DNA from: the human T2T-CHM13v2.0 reference genome, Homo sapiens | Direction: 5' to 3' (one strand) | Length of the DNA: 64,000 nucleotides | Assembly: GCF_009914755.1 (NCBI RefSeq) | Contig: NC_060925.1 | Shown here: positions 11,372-31,424 of the stretch, one piece after another | How the letters are laid out: each line of letters opens with the position of its first letter | Position numbering within the stretch: the stretch's first letter is position 1 | The notes under the pieces: generated by a model | The model's database searches: none | Told to the model about the DNA's origin: nothing | The model's input: only the letters and a program-made list of their open reading frames with translations | Position numbers and translations under genes: made by a program

Positions 11372-13085
11372 ACCAAAGTATTGATAACTACAGTGTCTTG
11401 GAACCTCTGGGAGTGGAAAGCCAAGCCAAAGTTGGGCTGGCAGTGGTTAGACAGCAGAAAGGACTGCCTGAGGTGTTGCTGGTTGGCAGGGGTGGGGGGA
11501 CTGGAAATCCTAACTTCCATTCAGCCCTAATTGTCAATGCCCTGGGCACTGACCCACTTGGGGGAGGGGCATGGATGGCATGGCCTTTGGCCCTAGAGAG
11601 AAACCTGAACCGTGGGAACCACCTTTCAGACGCTGAGTCAGCTGCCGCCTGAAGGGGGAGCCCTGCACTCCTATCAGCTGAACCGGTGCCAGTGCCCAGC
11701 AGGCAAGGGGGGCACAGCCCTCAGAAGCTGGAGCCTCTGTCTCTGTAGATCAGTCTCTCCAAGCCATCCAGGCAAGGGGGGCCTCTCCTCGGCCTGCTCT
11801 TGGGCCAAGCTGAGCCTGCTTCCCACCCCACCTCCTCAGATTCCCAGTGCCAGCACAATAAGCCAGGCCTCAGCCTGGCTCCAAGGCCATCAGAACCCAC
11901 CCGCCCAACCTCGTCACCAGCTCCTTGCTGCCTCTCAAATGCCCGGTACACATGCAGACTGCCAGACATTCGCTCACGCTGCTCTCCGGGCCAGATGCCC
12001 TTCCATGCCACCCACCCCTTGTCCCGCTCCAAGGTTCCTTCTTCCAGACAGTGCCTGTGAAGGTCACTGAAGTGCCAGAGGCTGTGCAAGGAGCCCAGGC
12101 CACCCCATCCCCATCCGGCGTGGGTTAGACCCTCCCTCAAATCATCTGCACTCTGCCCTTCACCCAATATTTCAGGTATCTGGGATCTATTGACCTTCCG
12201 CATTATGCTGGAAGTTCCTAGAGGGCAGGGATGGTCTGTTTCATTAGTGGGTCCTGGTACCCACACCGAAACCCTGGTATAGGGTGGCCCTCCAATGTAT
12301 GGAATGACTGAGTGGATATGGCCCATTCTTTCACCTCCAGGCCCTCCCAAGCCTCCACTGCGTCCCCCCGGGCACAGACGCCAGGCTGGTGCTCCTTCCT
12401 TTCTGGGAGCCCAAGGGCCTGTGCCTGGGAGGGGGATCCCCGAGCGCAAGGAATCCTCCCCGCCGCCACCTCCAGCCAGTGGGGAGGCAGGGGCACCCTC
12501 AGTCGCCGAGGGACTGCGGCAGGGAGGTCCCCGGGGGCCCCTGGCAGCCCCTCAGGATCGCCGCGTCCCCCGGGCCTCACGGGCATCACCTGAAAGGAAT
12601 GCGGGCGCCGGATAAGTGGCCGCCTTTGTCTCGCTTCCTGTTTGCCAGGACGTCCAGAGCCCGGCTCCAGCGGCCCGCCCGCCGGTCCCCAGGGAGCCAA
12701 GGCCGGCGGGGAGCCCCGAAGGGGCGGCGGCCCCTTCGCACCCGCTCAGTGGCCCCGGGACCCGCCCCGCCGGTAAAACCCGGTTCGGAGGCAGCTCGGT
12801 GGCCCCGCGAGGCTGGAATTTTCTACGGGTACCTTCCAAGGAAGCTCTGGGGGGCGGGGACGGTCGGGCGCGGCCCGCCGGGTCTCAAGGCTGAGGCTAA
12901 GGCTCCGGCTCCAGCTCCGCCCGCCCTGGCGCTGCGGACCCGTGTTGATGCCAGAAAGGGGTCCAGATCCAGACCCCAAGAGAGGGTTCTTGGATCTCGT
13001 GCAAGAAAAAATTAGAGGTGAATCTCTGCAGTAAAGTGAAAGCAAGTTTATTAGGAAAGTAAAGGCATAAAAGAATGGCCACTCC

Positions 13086-13762
<677 letters not shown>

Positions 13763-13850
13763 TTACTCATGCCTCCCCTTTTAGGGTCACTTACTGACAT
13801 TGCCATGACATTTGTAAACTGTCATGGCACTGGTGGGAGTGCAGCAGTGA

Positions 13851-14213
<363 letters not shown>

Positions 14214-16199
14214 TGTTGACCGGCTTCTTTCCACAGCCTGTTTTATCAGCAAGATCTTTATGACTTCTATCTTTTGCCGACCTCCTATCTCATCCTGTGA
14301 CTTAGAATGCCTAACTGTCTGAGAATGCAGCCCAGTAGGTCTCAGCCTTATTTTACCCAGCTCCTATTCAAGATGGAGTTGCTGTGGTTCAGAGGTCTCT
14401 GACAGTAGGGGGTCAGCCTGGCCCCTCCTTAGCCTTGTTCCTGGGGCCAGCAAGCCCAGGCCCACCTGGGCCAGTTCTGCAGTGGACGAGGGTTCAGATA
14501 GGGCTGGAGATGCCCTAGCCGGGGCCTCAGCCACCTCCACCAGCCACTCCTGCTCCTCCGATGTTGGGCATGGGAGTGTTGTTATAAAGAGCGAGGCTTA
14601 CCTCAAGCGCCCCAAACCCGATTACTGCCCCTGAATCTGCCCCTAAAGAAACCCTGGTCCCACAGCCCCTTGCTGTGTGTCATGGGGCCAGTCCTTCCCT
14701 TTCCCAGGGCCAAGGGTGTGGGATGTTAGACAGAGCTGGGTTTGAACCCCTACTCTGTCCGGCTGTGTGTATTATTGGACAGGTTTTTCCAACTTAAATG
14801 GGGGACAGTAGTACTCACCTACCTCCTGGGGTTGGTGGGAGGATTCAATGAGACAAAACATGCTAAGCCTTTAGCTCAGTACTTGGAACTCATTAAGGGC
14901 TTAATAAATGGTAACAGCAACAGCGATGATTGTTTTAAGAGATTGGACCTGATAATGTAAAGGCTTTTTATAATGAGCTAAACATTCATTGAGTGCTTAA
15001 CCATAGGTTTCTGCCAGCATGTTGTTCTGAATGCTTTACATACATTGTCTCATTTAAGCCCCCCCAAACCCAAAAAACAAAACAAAACAAAAAACTATTT
15101 CCAGAAGCATAGAGAAAAGCAAGTAAGTTGCTGAATGTCGTACATTTAATAATTGCATCAGGATTCAAACCCAAGTCACCTAAATCCTCACACTCATCAG
15201 CTCTGTATTAAGATTAATAGTGATATTCCAATGTCCTTCCCCAAGCCCTTTCCCTGTCTGGCAAGCTCTTATTCATCCTTCAAAGCCCAGCTCAAATGTC
15301 CCCCCTCTGGAAAGCCTTTCCTGGCACCCATCCTCTGGATCTCCGGGGACTCCTCCATACACACCTGGCACAGAGGGAGTATCTGTCAACAACTTCTCCT
15401 CCTACAGGCGGATGGGGCAGCGACTTTTTCTTTTTCAGCTCCATCCTTTCCTGACCACCAAATATTTCACTTGGGCATTCATTCTGGCCCCCTGTGGGGC
15501 TCTGCGGGGGTCCCGAGGCACCTAACTCTAATCTCCCAGGGGCTGCTAAGTTACATGACTTCACAAGTGCTGATGCCTCACATCTTCTTGGGATCTTGCC
15601 AAACCCCCATCCCTGCCTGGTGCCCATTAAGGGAAAGGAATTCATGCCTACCGAGCCTGCAGTGAGCCACGCTTTGGACTATGTGCTTCACTCACTTTAG
15701 CTCCTTCGATCCTACCCTCGTTCCTAGGAGGAAGTGTATGCCTAGAAACCCAATGTCAACAAGTGAGACAACTCTCAGACTCTACGAGAGGGGTAAACCT
15801 CCAAATTGTGAGGAGGGCAAGTGGGTCCAGGCACAGCTGGAACCAGGGACCCAAAAACTGCCAGGACACACCCTCTCTGTCTCTGTCTCACTCTGCCTCT
15901 CTTTTCTCTGCCTTTCTGTCTAACTCTGCCATGAGGAAGGATTTGTGGCCAATGACAACTCCTGAGCCTCCCAATCCACAGCCATGTTCTCAGTACTGAT
16001 TCAAAATAGAGAAGTCTTTTGATTGGCCACACTCCAGTCAGGTGTCCACCTGTGGGACAGTCACCTGTGGCTGAGGGACAAGGTCATGGAAATCATGACA
16101 GTCCTTGCCAAACCAGTGTTTAGGAGAGGAGATCCTCAAAGAAGGAGGATCCAGGGGAAAGGAGGAATGCCAAACAGATTAAGGTAGGAGGACAGACTT

Positions 16200-16497
16200 A
16201 ATTCCAGGGATTGGGGCCTCAATGATTACTACCCCTTCCCTAGAAATTTCTGCATAAACTGCCCCTTAATCTTTGTGCAATTTAAAGTGGGTATAATTGT
16301 GACTGCAAAGCTGCCCTGAGCTGCTACTTTTGGCCTACGGGGTAGCGCTACTCTGCAGGAGCAGTCACGGAGCTGTGACACTCCTCTTCAATAAAGCCAT
16401 TTTCTTCTACCTTTGGCTTGCCCTTGAATTCTTTCCTGGCCAAAGCCAAGAACTCAGTGGGCTAAACCCTACTTTGGGGCCTGCCTCCCCTGCATCA
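16200..16497 (+). mobile_element. ERV1-class LTR, 3' portion (MER4-group; subfamily uncertain)
   Basis: AATAAA at about 16390 followed by ttgaattctttcctgg...aagccaagaac...tttggggc...ctgcatca, an LTR-like 3' end. Confidence 0.55.
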
Positions 16498-17290
16498 AAA
16501 TGACAGAAATGGGTCCACAACAGCTAGGAACAACTCTTAACCTCCATTTGACAGATAAGGAGATGGAGGCTCAGGGAGGGGATGTGACTTGTCAAGTCAC
16601 ACTGCTGGTAAGCGCTGGAGCTAGATGCAGACCCCACTTTATGAAAATCCGGGGGCTCTGACACCAACACCCGAGCCAGTATCTTTCCAAAGTAAAACAA
16701 GGCTGAGTCTGAAGAGGACTTCTAGGGAAGCATCCTGCTTCCTGCTCCAGGGGGCTGCAGCCTGGCTCCCACCATGGGATGGGATGAGATGGTAAACCGA
16801 ATATGCCAGTGGACACATCAGAGAGATGGGTCCCAGGAAAGCCATGCTGAAGATACGCACTGTAGGTAAGGGCTGCTATTACCTCCTTTTTACAGGGAGG
16901 AGACTGAGGCTGGGGGGTGGGGGTTGAGGTGGGGGAAGAGAAGTGACTTGCCTGAGGACACATTGCTAGGAAGTCGTGGGCAACCTCATTTGTCAGACTC
17001 CAAAGCCGGAGCTTTTTCTAAGCTGTCTGGGTGTATACACAGCCACTCTTCAGGTTGTACCCAAGCAGGCTCTTTGGCCTCCAGTTCTGTGCACAAACAG
17101 CCTGGATCTGAAGTTTGGGGCTTGCAGAATTTGCTGATGAAGGTGCAACTGAGGGGAGGGGCAGTGGTGGGGGTTATGTAACACTCAGGTGGGCTTGGCC
17201 TGGGGCTGCAGGGAGGTGCTAGGGTCTGCAGAGTGCAAGCCGAATCACTGCTCATCTTGTCAAGTTCAAAAGCCTCCTCCTCTGAGAAGC

Positions 17291-17580
<290 letters not shown>

Positions 17581-18165
17581 GAGAAGCCTTTTTGACTCCC
17601 CAGGACAGCCCTCATCCATCATCGAGACTCCACTCTCACACCACTTCCTCCTTCATAGTCCAGCATGGGAGCTGTCCATACCCTTCCTGATGTGGGGTTC
17701 TGAGAGCAGGGCTGTGCCTCACTCTCTCTGCTCTCAGTGTTGCCTAAAACTATACTGGGCATGGAAGAGACACCAGACCCGTTTGCTGGAGGATGGAGGA
17801 AGCGAATGAATGTGGATGTTCACTTGGCAGCACCAATCTCAGCAGTGTCAACCTCCGCAGCAACCCTGCCCCCTGGTGGCTGAGTCCACACCTCCCCCTG
17901 CTGCAGCCTAGAGGAGTAGTGGAGAGAAGCCACCTGTGCAGATTCTCAGACCTGAGCACCTGCTGTGAGTTCGTGTCTTACTCTTTGGAGCCAAAACTGT
18001 TCTGTGAGGCCTGGAGACTGGCACAGGGGGACAAAGAAGGATGGGACAGATCTGGGAATGGATCTCAGTCGGTCTGACTCCAGAGGCCAACTCATTGCTG
18101 CGGCCCCACTTGTCACCTCTCACCCAGATGTTGTGCTCCAGCCTGGCCAGAAGAGAGTCTGAGTT

Positions 18166-18171
<6 letters not shown>

Positions 18172-18204
<33 letters not shown>

Positions 18205-18300
18205 CAGGGCCTCGCTTTGTTGCCCAGGCTGGAGTGCTGGAGTGCAGTAGCACGATCATGGCTTGCTGCAACCTTGACCTTCCAGGCTCAAGCAGTCCTC
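18172..18300 (-). mobile_element. Partial antisense Alu (3' part of right monomer)
   Basis: Poly-T then reverse Alu, truncated at 18300. Confidence 0.85.
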
Positions 18301-18577
18301 CTTTGGGAGGCTGAGGCGGGCAGATCACCAGGTCAGGAGTTCAAGACCAGACTGACCAATATGGTGAAACCCTGTCTCTACTGAAAATACAAAAAGTTAG
18401 CCGGGCATGGTGGCAGGCACCTGTAATCCTAGCCACTTGGGAGGCTGAGGCAGGAGAATTGCTTGAACCCAGGCGGCGGAGTTTGCAGTGAGCCAAGACC
18501 ATCCCACAGTACTCCAGCCTGGGCAACAGAGCAAGACTGTCTCAAAAATAAAAATAAAATAAAAATTAAAAAAATAA
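18301..18577 (+). mobile_element. 5'-truncated Alu (S-like) directly abutting the antisense Alu
   Basis: Begins at CTTTGGGAGGCTGAGG and runs to an A-rich tail. Confidence 0.88.
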
Positions 18578-18633
18578 GGAAATGGAGAAACAAGCTTGCC
18601 CACTGAGAGCTGGACTGAAGAAATCAGTATCTA

Positions 18634-19152
<519 letters not shown>

Positions 19153-19179
19153 TTAAAAGGCCAGGCTAACTCCAGCTCC

Positions 19180-19667
19180 TGAGAAAGATTCTTTGCTTGG
19201 CCTAACTTTAGTCAGGCTCTTGAATCTTCTCCTAAGCCCATCTGAGCATTTCCTTGTAAAATTAGGTTTTAGCAAAAGAACCCCACTTAATCCATTTAGG
19301 CAGAACACCTCATCCTCTACATCTGATCATCCTTGATATCTGATCAGGTTGCTTATCTTCCACCCTTCCCCAGGTGATGTCTGCTTACCCAGGCCTGTCT
19401 TCAGCAAGAATCCTGTTAAGTCATTTTAGTCAGAATCCCCCTTAGTCCTGCTGTTGCTTCTTAGTAATTTTTCCATCCACTGGCCCCCACCCTGCTCCAT
19501 GACTATAAACTCCCACTTTCCCATTCTGTATTCAGAATCGAACCCAGTCTCTCTCCCCTACTGCAAGATCCCTGTTGCAGTGGTCCCTATACTTCTCAAA
19601 ATGGTCCTGAAATAAATCTTCCTTATCATGCTTTCACAGGTATCATTGAATAATTTTTTCTTTAATG
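19180..19667 (+). mobile_element. MER31-like solo LTR (ERV1)
   Basis: tgagaaagattctttgcttggcctaactttagtcaggctc... resembles the MER31 5' end; TATAAA at about 19504, AATAAA at about 19611, ends ...tttttctttaa. Confidence 0.65.
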
Positions 19668-21738
19668 GTCCTACAGAAGTTGGCAGGCACCATGGTGGAA
19701 ATATTGACTCAACTAAAATAGTGAAGTATCCACAGACAAAGATGAGTCTCCATGATCCCAGGATGCTGAGTGTTGTCCAGGGAGAGTCAGCTTGGCTGTT
19801 GGACCAGTGACCAAGCTGAGGCTTGTGTTCAGATGGACGGAGGGTATTCCTGATGGACTCTGAGGACGGTCCTTTCCCCATGGCAGGCTGGTGCTTTGGA
19901 GACCTAGGTGTGGTGGGCTTTCTTAGCCTGGGGCCATAAACTCAGGGTTTCAGCCTCAAATACCATTGGGACTTGGCAGATACATGAGGAAGCCAGGAGT
20001 GTTAGAGAATAGGGAGTAGCAGGGTCTGTGTCCAGCATGTATTGGAGAGTGCACATGTGCCTAAAGGCATTCAGAATCAATGACTTTTAAAAACATCATG
20101 CCATCCTCACTCACACAGTGTCTCAATAGGAAACAGATGGTGAACTCTAATTAGGATAATTGGGGTAGAGTTTATTTTCAAAAAGATGAATAACAAAGAA
20201 GGGTCTAGGGAGGTCATCAGAGAGAGTGCAGAACTCTGGGGCTAGCGGTGACCTGGTTGTCACTTCCCCTAGGCCTACAGGGCCAAGGGGTAAGAGAGGT
20301 CACCAGAACTCTGAAGGAGTCATTTAAAGTAGAGGTGGCCTGTCAGTGAGGAAGCTAGGGAATAAACCCCTCAGCCTGGCTCTCCCCTCCCTGTCATCTG
20401 CTAGGCTCCACATTTACCAAATCCCATGAGAAGCTAGAAGGCAGGGAATCACGGCTGTGGACTTTTACATGAACAAGGAATAACCTTCTATCTTATTTAG
20501 ACCTCTCTTTTCCAGGGTCTTTTGTAACAGCAGCTGAACCCATAACCTAACCGATACACTCATAACAGGAAACATCTGCCAAAAAGATATGATAATCACG
20601 AACTTACACGTATCTCGCAGAACATGTTTATTTTGGTGAAACATATAAAGCAAATCTGGCAGAACTGCAAGAAGTTTATAGACAAAGTGGAATTTATAGA
20701 CAAATTTATAGATAAAGTGGAAAATTTTAATCGAACTTTCTTAAAACCAATGGATCAAGTAGCAAAACATTAGTAAGGTTACAGAAGTTTGTACAATATA
20801 ATTAAGGATCTTGAGCTACTAGATAAACAAATTTTACACCCCCACCCAAGAATACCCATTGTTTTCAAGCTCATGTGGAATATTTTTCTAAAAATGCTGC
20901 CTAGTTGGCAACAAAGAAAGTCTAAAATTTGTTCAAGGAATCAATATCATCAGTCACATCCTCTCATCCCAATATAATAAAATTAGAAATCAATAATAAA
21001 AAGTTGGCCAAGAAAATCCAATATGTTCAGTAACTTAATAATTCATTTCTAAGTACTTCACAGGCTAGGAAGAAAATTATTAATATAGTGGAAGTTACAA
21101 GATATTTAAAACTGAATAACAATAAGCTAAAGTGAAATTTGGAGGGAAAATATGTTTATTAAAAGCAGGAAGAATTGGTAACAAATGAATTAAGCATCCA
21201 ACTCAAGACTCCAGGAAGAGGTATCAGAAAACCCCAAGAGAATAAAATAAAGGAAATAATAAAGATAAAGCAGAAAGGGATGATACGGAAAACAACCTAA
21301 AGTTGAGATGAGTCTTTTTAAAACCTTAATAAAATAAATAAATCATTAGCACAAAATAGACAATATTAGGAACAAAAAGAAGGCTATGGCTAGAGATGCA
21401 ATCAAGATTTTAAAAAATCACAAGAAAACGCCATGGGGACCTCCGGTTCTGGCAAGATATCGGACTAAGTTAATATGGAAAATCTAGGAGATAAACTCAG
21501 AAGGAAGAAGTGGTTTGTAAGAAGAAGCGGAGAATTAAAAAATCATTAAGTGTGGACAATTCAAACAAGCAGAGACTTCATAAGAAAAAAATTTAAAAGG
21601 CTGATTAAAAAGAAAAATAAGGCATGGCCAAAAAAAAAAAAGGGAAAACAATATAATGACAGACAGGACACTATGATCAGAGTTCAAAAGCATTCTAAGG
21701 TTGTGCTAGAGGTGGAAATTGATTAACTTCAGACTTTA

Positions 21739-22499
<761 letters not shown>

Positions 22500-22758
22500 T
22501 AAAGGTTTGAATATAGCTAAAGCAATCCTTGAGGGACTATGTATGTATATTCTTAAATACATACATTTGATAAGAATAAAGATGACACATTAATGATTCA
22601 GCATCCAATTTAGGAAATCAGAAAAAGACAATATAATAACAGCACCCCATCCCCCGCCAAATAGCAGGAAATAATAGAGAGAGAAATCAATAAAACAGAA
22701 AACAAAGAAACAATAGAGATGGTCAAAACAAGTGACTAATAAAATAGATCTATTTCTA

Positions 22759-23166
<408 letters not shown>

Positions 23167-23262
23167 TTAACTACAGATAATTTTAATCATAAGAAACAAT
23201 ATTACACAAATAAATTTGAAAATGCAGATGTAATGGGTAAGGGTCTGTAAGATGTAACGTCA

Positions 23263-23937
<675 letters not shown>

Positions 23938-25546
23938 TCAATCTCTCCTGGGTCTGTAGTTATCATATCATTTGCATTCTTAGTATTTATTAATTTGTGC
24001 CCTTCCTTTTAAAACAAATCAGCCTCGGAGGTTTGACTATTTTTTTTTATCTTCTCAAAGAACCAACTTTTGGCTCATTAGTCCCCTTTGTTTTCTGTTT
24101 TATTAATTTTTGTTCTTATCCTTTCCTTTGTTCTGCTTTCACTAGGTTTGTTCTATTGTTCTTTTTTATTTCCTAAGTTAGAGCAAGATATAGAATATTT
24201 TCAGAATTCCAGTCATAACCTCCCCCGTATCCCCAGAGGTAACTACTACTCCAACTTCTATCTCCATAGATTAGTTCTGGTCCCTTTTGAATTTCATGCA
24301 AATGGAATTAGAGAGTATCTACTCTTTCTGGCTTCTTTCACTCAAAATTAGGTCTGTGAGGTTCATCCCTGTTGTCCGTTACAATGGTTGTGTGTGTGTG
24401 CTTGTGTGTGATGTGTTTTGGTGTATAGCATTCCGTTGTACAAATATATTACAGTTTATTGTTCTATTCAACTGTTGATGTACATTTGGGTTGTTTCCAG
24501 AAATGTGTTTTTAAATTTCCAAACATGTGGGTATTATTTCTCTTTGTCACCAACTCTTAATGGTATTTTGACCAGAGAGTATGGTGTGTATCACTGTGAT
24601 TCTTGAAATTAAGACTTGCTTTACTGCCTGGAATGTGGTCCATGTCTGTAAATGCTCCATGTGTACTTGAGAAGAATAAGCATTGGGCGTTGGATTCTCT
24701 TTATGTCACTAAATCAAGCTTGTTAATTGTGTTGTTCAAATTTTCCATACCTTTACTAATTTTTTTACTGATTAGTCAATCGATAATGAAAAGAGGTGTT
24801 TTGAAGCATCTCACTTCTAAGTGTGTATTGTCAATGTGTTATTTTTGGCTTGTCTCTACCATGTTGCTTTTTGTTTTCAATTTGTCCCACTTTGTGGTTT
24901 CCTTCTTGCCTTTTTGAAAAGTAGATTGAGCTTTTGTTTGTTTTCTTATTTCACCTTTCTGTCTACTGATTTGGAAATTATTGACTCTATTCCTATTCCT
25001 AGAGTAGGTCCCCTTAAATTTTTGCACTGCACACTTAACAAGGCCTAAATTTAATATTCCAACCCTATTTCCAACAATACAAGGTCCTTGGGAAACTCCA
25101 GCTCCAATGGCCACCCCCTTCCTCCTTACATTCAAATTTCATTTTAGTCCTGTCCCTTTTGTTTTCAGCCCCCCAAATTGCCATCATGATTATCATTATG
25201 CTATACAATGTTTGTTTAGGTTTATCTCCATGTTTATCATTTTTATTTCCTCAAAACTTGTTCTTGCATCTCAGGTATCTTTTTCGATCATTTTTTTCCT
25301 TTCTGAAGTATATATTTAGACATTCTTTTACTGTAAGTCTGTTGGTAGATTTTTTTTAAACTTCATTTTGAGATAATTGCAGATTGACATGCTGTTGTAA
25401 GAAATAATACAAAGATTCCTTATACCTCACATCCCCTTTCCCTCAATGGTAACATTTTGCATAAATATAGTGCAATAGCACAGCCAAGAAAATGACATTG
25501 ATGCAATCTACTGATCTTATTTAGGTTTTACCAGTTTTATACGCAC

Positions 25547-25589
<43 letters not shown>
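25547..25589. repeat. (TG)n microsatellite
   Basis: Directly visible. Confidence 0.9.
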
Positions 25590-26579
25590 GTTCCGTGCAA
25601 TTTTAGCACATGTAAACTTGTGTGACTGTCATCACAGTCAAGATACAAACTATTCCATCATTGGAACTGGTTACCCTTTTATAGCCACTACTACTTCCCT
25701 CCCTCCAACATCCCAACCCCTGGCAACCACTAATCTGTTCTCTATCTCTATAATTTTTGTTATAACAAGAATGTTATACAACTGGAATCACAGTACACAT
25801 AACCTTTTGGGACCGTCTTTTGGCTTTTTCTCACCCTGCACAATTTCCTTGAGATCCATCTAGACTGTTGTATCGACAGCTCTTTCCTTTTCATTGCTGA
25901 GTGGTATTCCATGGTATGGGTGTACCATAGTTTGTTTAACCATTCATATACTAAAACACTGGGTTGTTTCCAGTTTGGGGCTATTACAAAGAAAGCTGCT
26001 ATGAACATTCATGTGCAAGTTTTGTGTGAACAAAATGTTTCATTTCTCTGGAATAAGCACCCCAGAGTGCACTCACTGGATCATAACCCTTTGCTTTTTA
26101 AATTTGCAAATGACTTTAATCCTCATTCTTGAATGATAGTCTTTACTGGGTGCATGTTTCCGAATGAACAGTTTTTTTCCCTAGGAATTTTGAAGATATC
26201 ATTCTTCTGACTTCTATCTTTAAGGGCTATTGTTGCAAAATCTGCTGTCTGCCTAATTGCAGTTCCTTTGCACATAATCTATTTTTCCTCTCTGGCTGTC
26301 AATAGCTTTTATTCAGCTTTGGCGTTTTCCAGTTTCAATTCAATATGTCCAGGTAAAAATGTCTATTCTTCTTGTCTTTCAACAGCCCTCCATCTTTTCT
26401 ATTCCCTCTTTCTGGAAATTTGCTTAGTAACATGTTAGATCCTATTATTTTTTCCCCTGTATCACATTCTTTTCTATTTTCCATCACCTTGTCTCTCTCT
26501 ATTGAATTCTGGTTAATTTCTTCATATCTGTCTTTCAGCTTTCTCTTCAGCTATATCTAACCTACTGTGCTTTTCAAAT

Positions 26580-26580
26580 A

Positions 26581-26635
<55 letters not shown>

Positions 26636-26914
26636 TAGGTGGACTCCCTCTTTCACCCAGGCTGGAGTGCAGTGGCATGATCTCGGCTCATCACAACCTC
26701 TGCCTCCCAGGTTCAAGTGATTATCTGCCTCAGCCTCCCGAGTAGCTGGGATTACAGATGCCTGCTACCATGCCCAGCTAGTTTTTGTACTTTTAGTAGA
26801 GACTGGGTTTCACCATGTTGGCCAGGCTGATCTCAAACTCCTGACCTCAAGTGATCCACCCATCTCGGCCTCCCAAAGTGCTGGGATTACAGGCACAAGC
26901 CACCGTGCCCGGCC
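26580..26914 (-). mobile_element. Antisense Alu (S-like) with (TA)n tract in its tail
   Basis: (TA)n at 26583-26626, poly-T, reverse Alu ending GGCC at 26914. Confidence 0.9.
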
Positions 26915-27417
26915 TCAAATTTTTTTAATTGTGAAATACAGCACAATATGGAAAGGCATATCAAATACAATTGCACAGCTTAAATAACAATTATAAAGCA
27001 AACATCTACATAATCCCCCAGGTCATAAAGTAGAAGATGATAGGCACTCCTAAAAGCTCCCTGTGTATATCCCATCACAATCCCTTACTTTCTCTCTTAA
27101 AGGAAACCATTACCCTGACCTTATGGTAATCATTGTCTTGCTTACTTTTTATGGCTTTGTCCTCTGTGCATGCCTAAAGATGTGTTTTAACCTGTTTTTG
27201 GATTTTATATAAATGGAATCTTACAGTGTGTATTATTTTTGTCATGCTTTCTTACTCTACATTGCATTTTTTAAGATTTATTCTTTTTGTTATGAATAAA
27301 TATCATATGTTTATTTTCACCACTGTATACTATTCCATTATATGAATATAACACAACTTACTCATACATAGTTTTGTTGATAAATATCTGATTGTTTCCA
27401 GCTTGTGGCTATTATAA

Positions 27418-27852
<435 letters not shown>

Positions 27853-28556
27853 TGATCATTTTTTAGAGTATCTTTTTGCTTGCTCATTTTCGTAATTTGA
27901 TGTTATATTTACTAAAATATTTTATTCACAATTATGGTGTTTTATATTCCATGTTTGATAAATCCAATATCGGAAGTCTTTGGGGTCTAAGTTTATTATT
28001 TATGGTTTCTAGCTGGCTCTCAGTCATGGTGACTTGATTCCTTGGGAGTTTTGTTAACAGTGTGATACAGGTATATACTTCTCTTTCTTCCACACGGAAA
28101 ACCAGTTTTCCCACCACCAGGTATTGGAGGGAATTGATTTAAATGCCACCTCTGACATAGGTTGAACTTCCAGTCTGCATAGCTCTGTTTCTGAGCTTTC
28201 AGCTCTATCTCATCCAGTTATTTGTACATCCCTCTACCAATACCTCCCTGCCTTAATGACTTTGGTTGTATACATCTTGTTATGTAGAGGGTGATTCTCC
28301 TCGTTTTGTTAATTTTCTTCAAAATTACCTTGGCTACTCTTAACTATTTGTTCTTTCATATGACCTTAGGATAAGCTTGACATGTTTCCCAAGATATTAA
28401 TTTTAAAAAACTCTTCTTTGAACCTCTTATTGAAAGTAAAATAAATTTATAGGTTAATTTAAAAATAACATCTTTACAATTAAGTGTTTTCTTCTATGAG
28501 CAAGTTATACTTCTCCATTTATCTGGGTCTCTTGAATGACCATCAAGAAAGTTTTA

Positions 28557-28856
<300 letters not shown>

Positions 28857-28964
28857 GTATAATTTTCTCCATAAAAATATTGCTTATCTCTTAGGTTTAT
28901 TCCAAGATATCCCATAGTTTTTTTTAATGCTTTTATAAATGGTGTCTTTTATAAATAGCATTTT

Positions 28965-29478
28965 ATGTTTGTTGCTTAACAGCTGGGATGTGTTCCGAGA
29001 GAGGATTTTATTGTTGTGTGAACATCACAGAGTGTACTTACCCACACTTAGATGAGATAGCCTACTACAAGTACACCTAGACTACGTGGTACAGCCTGTT
29101 GCTCCTAGGATACAAACCTGTACAGCATGTTATTATACTGTTACTGTAGGCAATGCAATGGTGAGTAGCTGTGTATCGAAAAATATTTAAACATAGAGAG
29201 GTTACAATAAAAATATATTATGAAAGATTTTTAAATGGTACATCTGTATAGGGCACTTACTATGAGTGAAGCTTGCAGAACTGGAAGTTGCTTGAGTGTC
29301 AGTGAGTGGTGAGTGAACGCGAAGGCCTAGCACATTACTATACACTACTGTAGACTTTATAAACTGTACACTCAGGCTACACTAAATATGTTTTTAAAAT
29401 TTTCTTTAAAAATAAATTAACCTTCGCTTCAGTAACTTTTTTACTTTATTAAAACTTTTTGATTCTTAAAAACTTTTT
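28965..29478 (+). mobile_element. Tigger3/GOLEM-like DNA transposon fragment
   Basis: gaacatcacagagtgtactta...gatagcctactac...ctcctaggatacaaacctgtacagcatgtta resembles the Tigger3 left end. Confidence 0.7.
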
Positions 29479-29554
29479 GCCAGGCGTGTTGGCTCATGCC
29501 TGTAATCCCAACATTTTGGGAGGCAGAGGTGGGAGGAGGCCAGCCCAGATCCTT

Positions 29555-30560
<1,006 letters not shown>

Positions 30561-30681
30561 CGAACCAGACCCATGGAAAATTCTTTCTCAACATGAACCT
30601 TCTCAACAGTTTTAATAGTTTGTCTGTAGAATCTCTTAGATTTTCTATGTAGACGATCACATGATCTATAAATATAGATGA

Positions 30682-31021
<340 letters not shown>

Positions 31022-31424
31022 TCTGATAACCAAGGTTTTCTGGGCCAAGCTCTCAGCTTCCTGCTCCTTGGTCCGTAAGAAAAATTCTCTCTTCCAGTAG
31101 TCTCTTCAGCTCCTGCAAAAACTCAGTCCACTCTGTCAATGAGGCCAGACATACCAGGACTCCAAGAGTGGTCAGGAGAGGCATGACCGAGGCTGTGAGC
31201 CCATGACATGGGGCGTGGGATCAAGTCATGCTTGTTAGTAGGTAGTGAGGCTGTGACGGGGTTCAGCTGGGAAGACTCTAGCTCTTGTCCTCCACTAAGG
31301 CCCCCACTTTATATCATCAACAATAAAAGGGCTATTGTTCTTCCATAACCCGTATTTTGCTTTCTTTCCCAGCATGTCAGAATCTGGGTGAGGAGAAAAA
31401 GGACTATTTAAAGGAGACCCCCTT

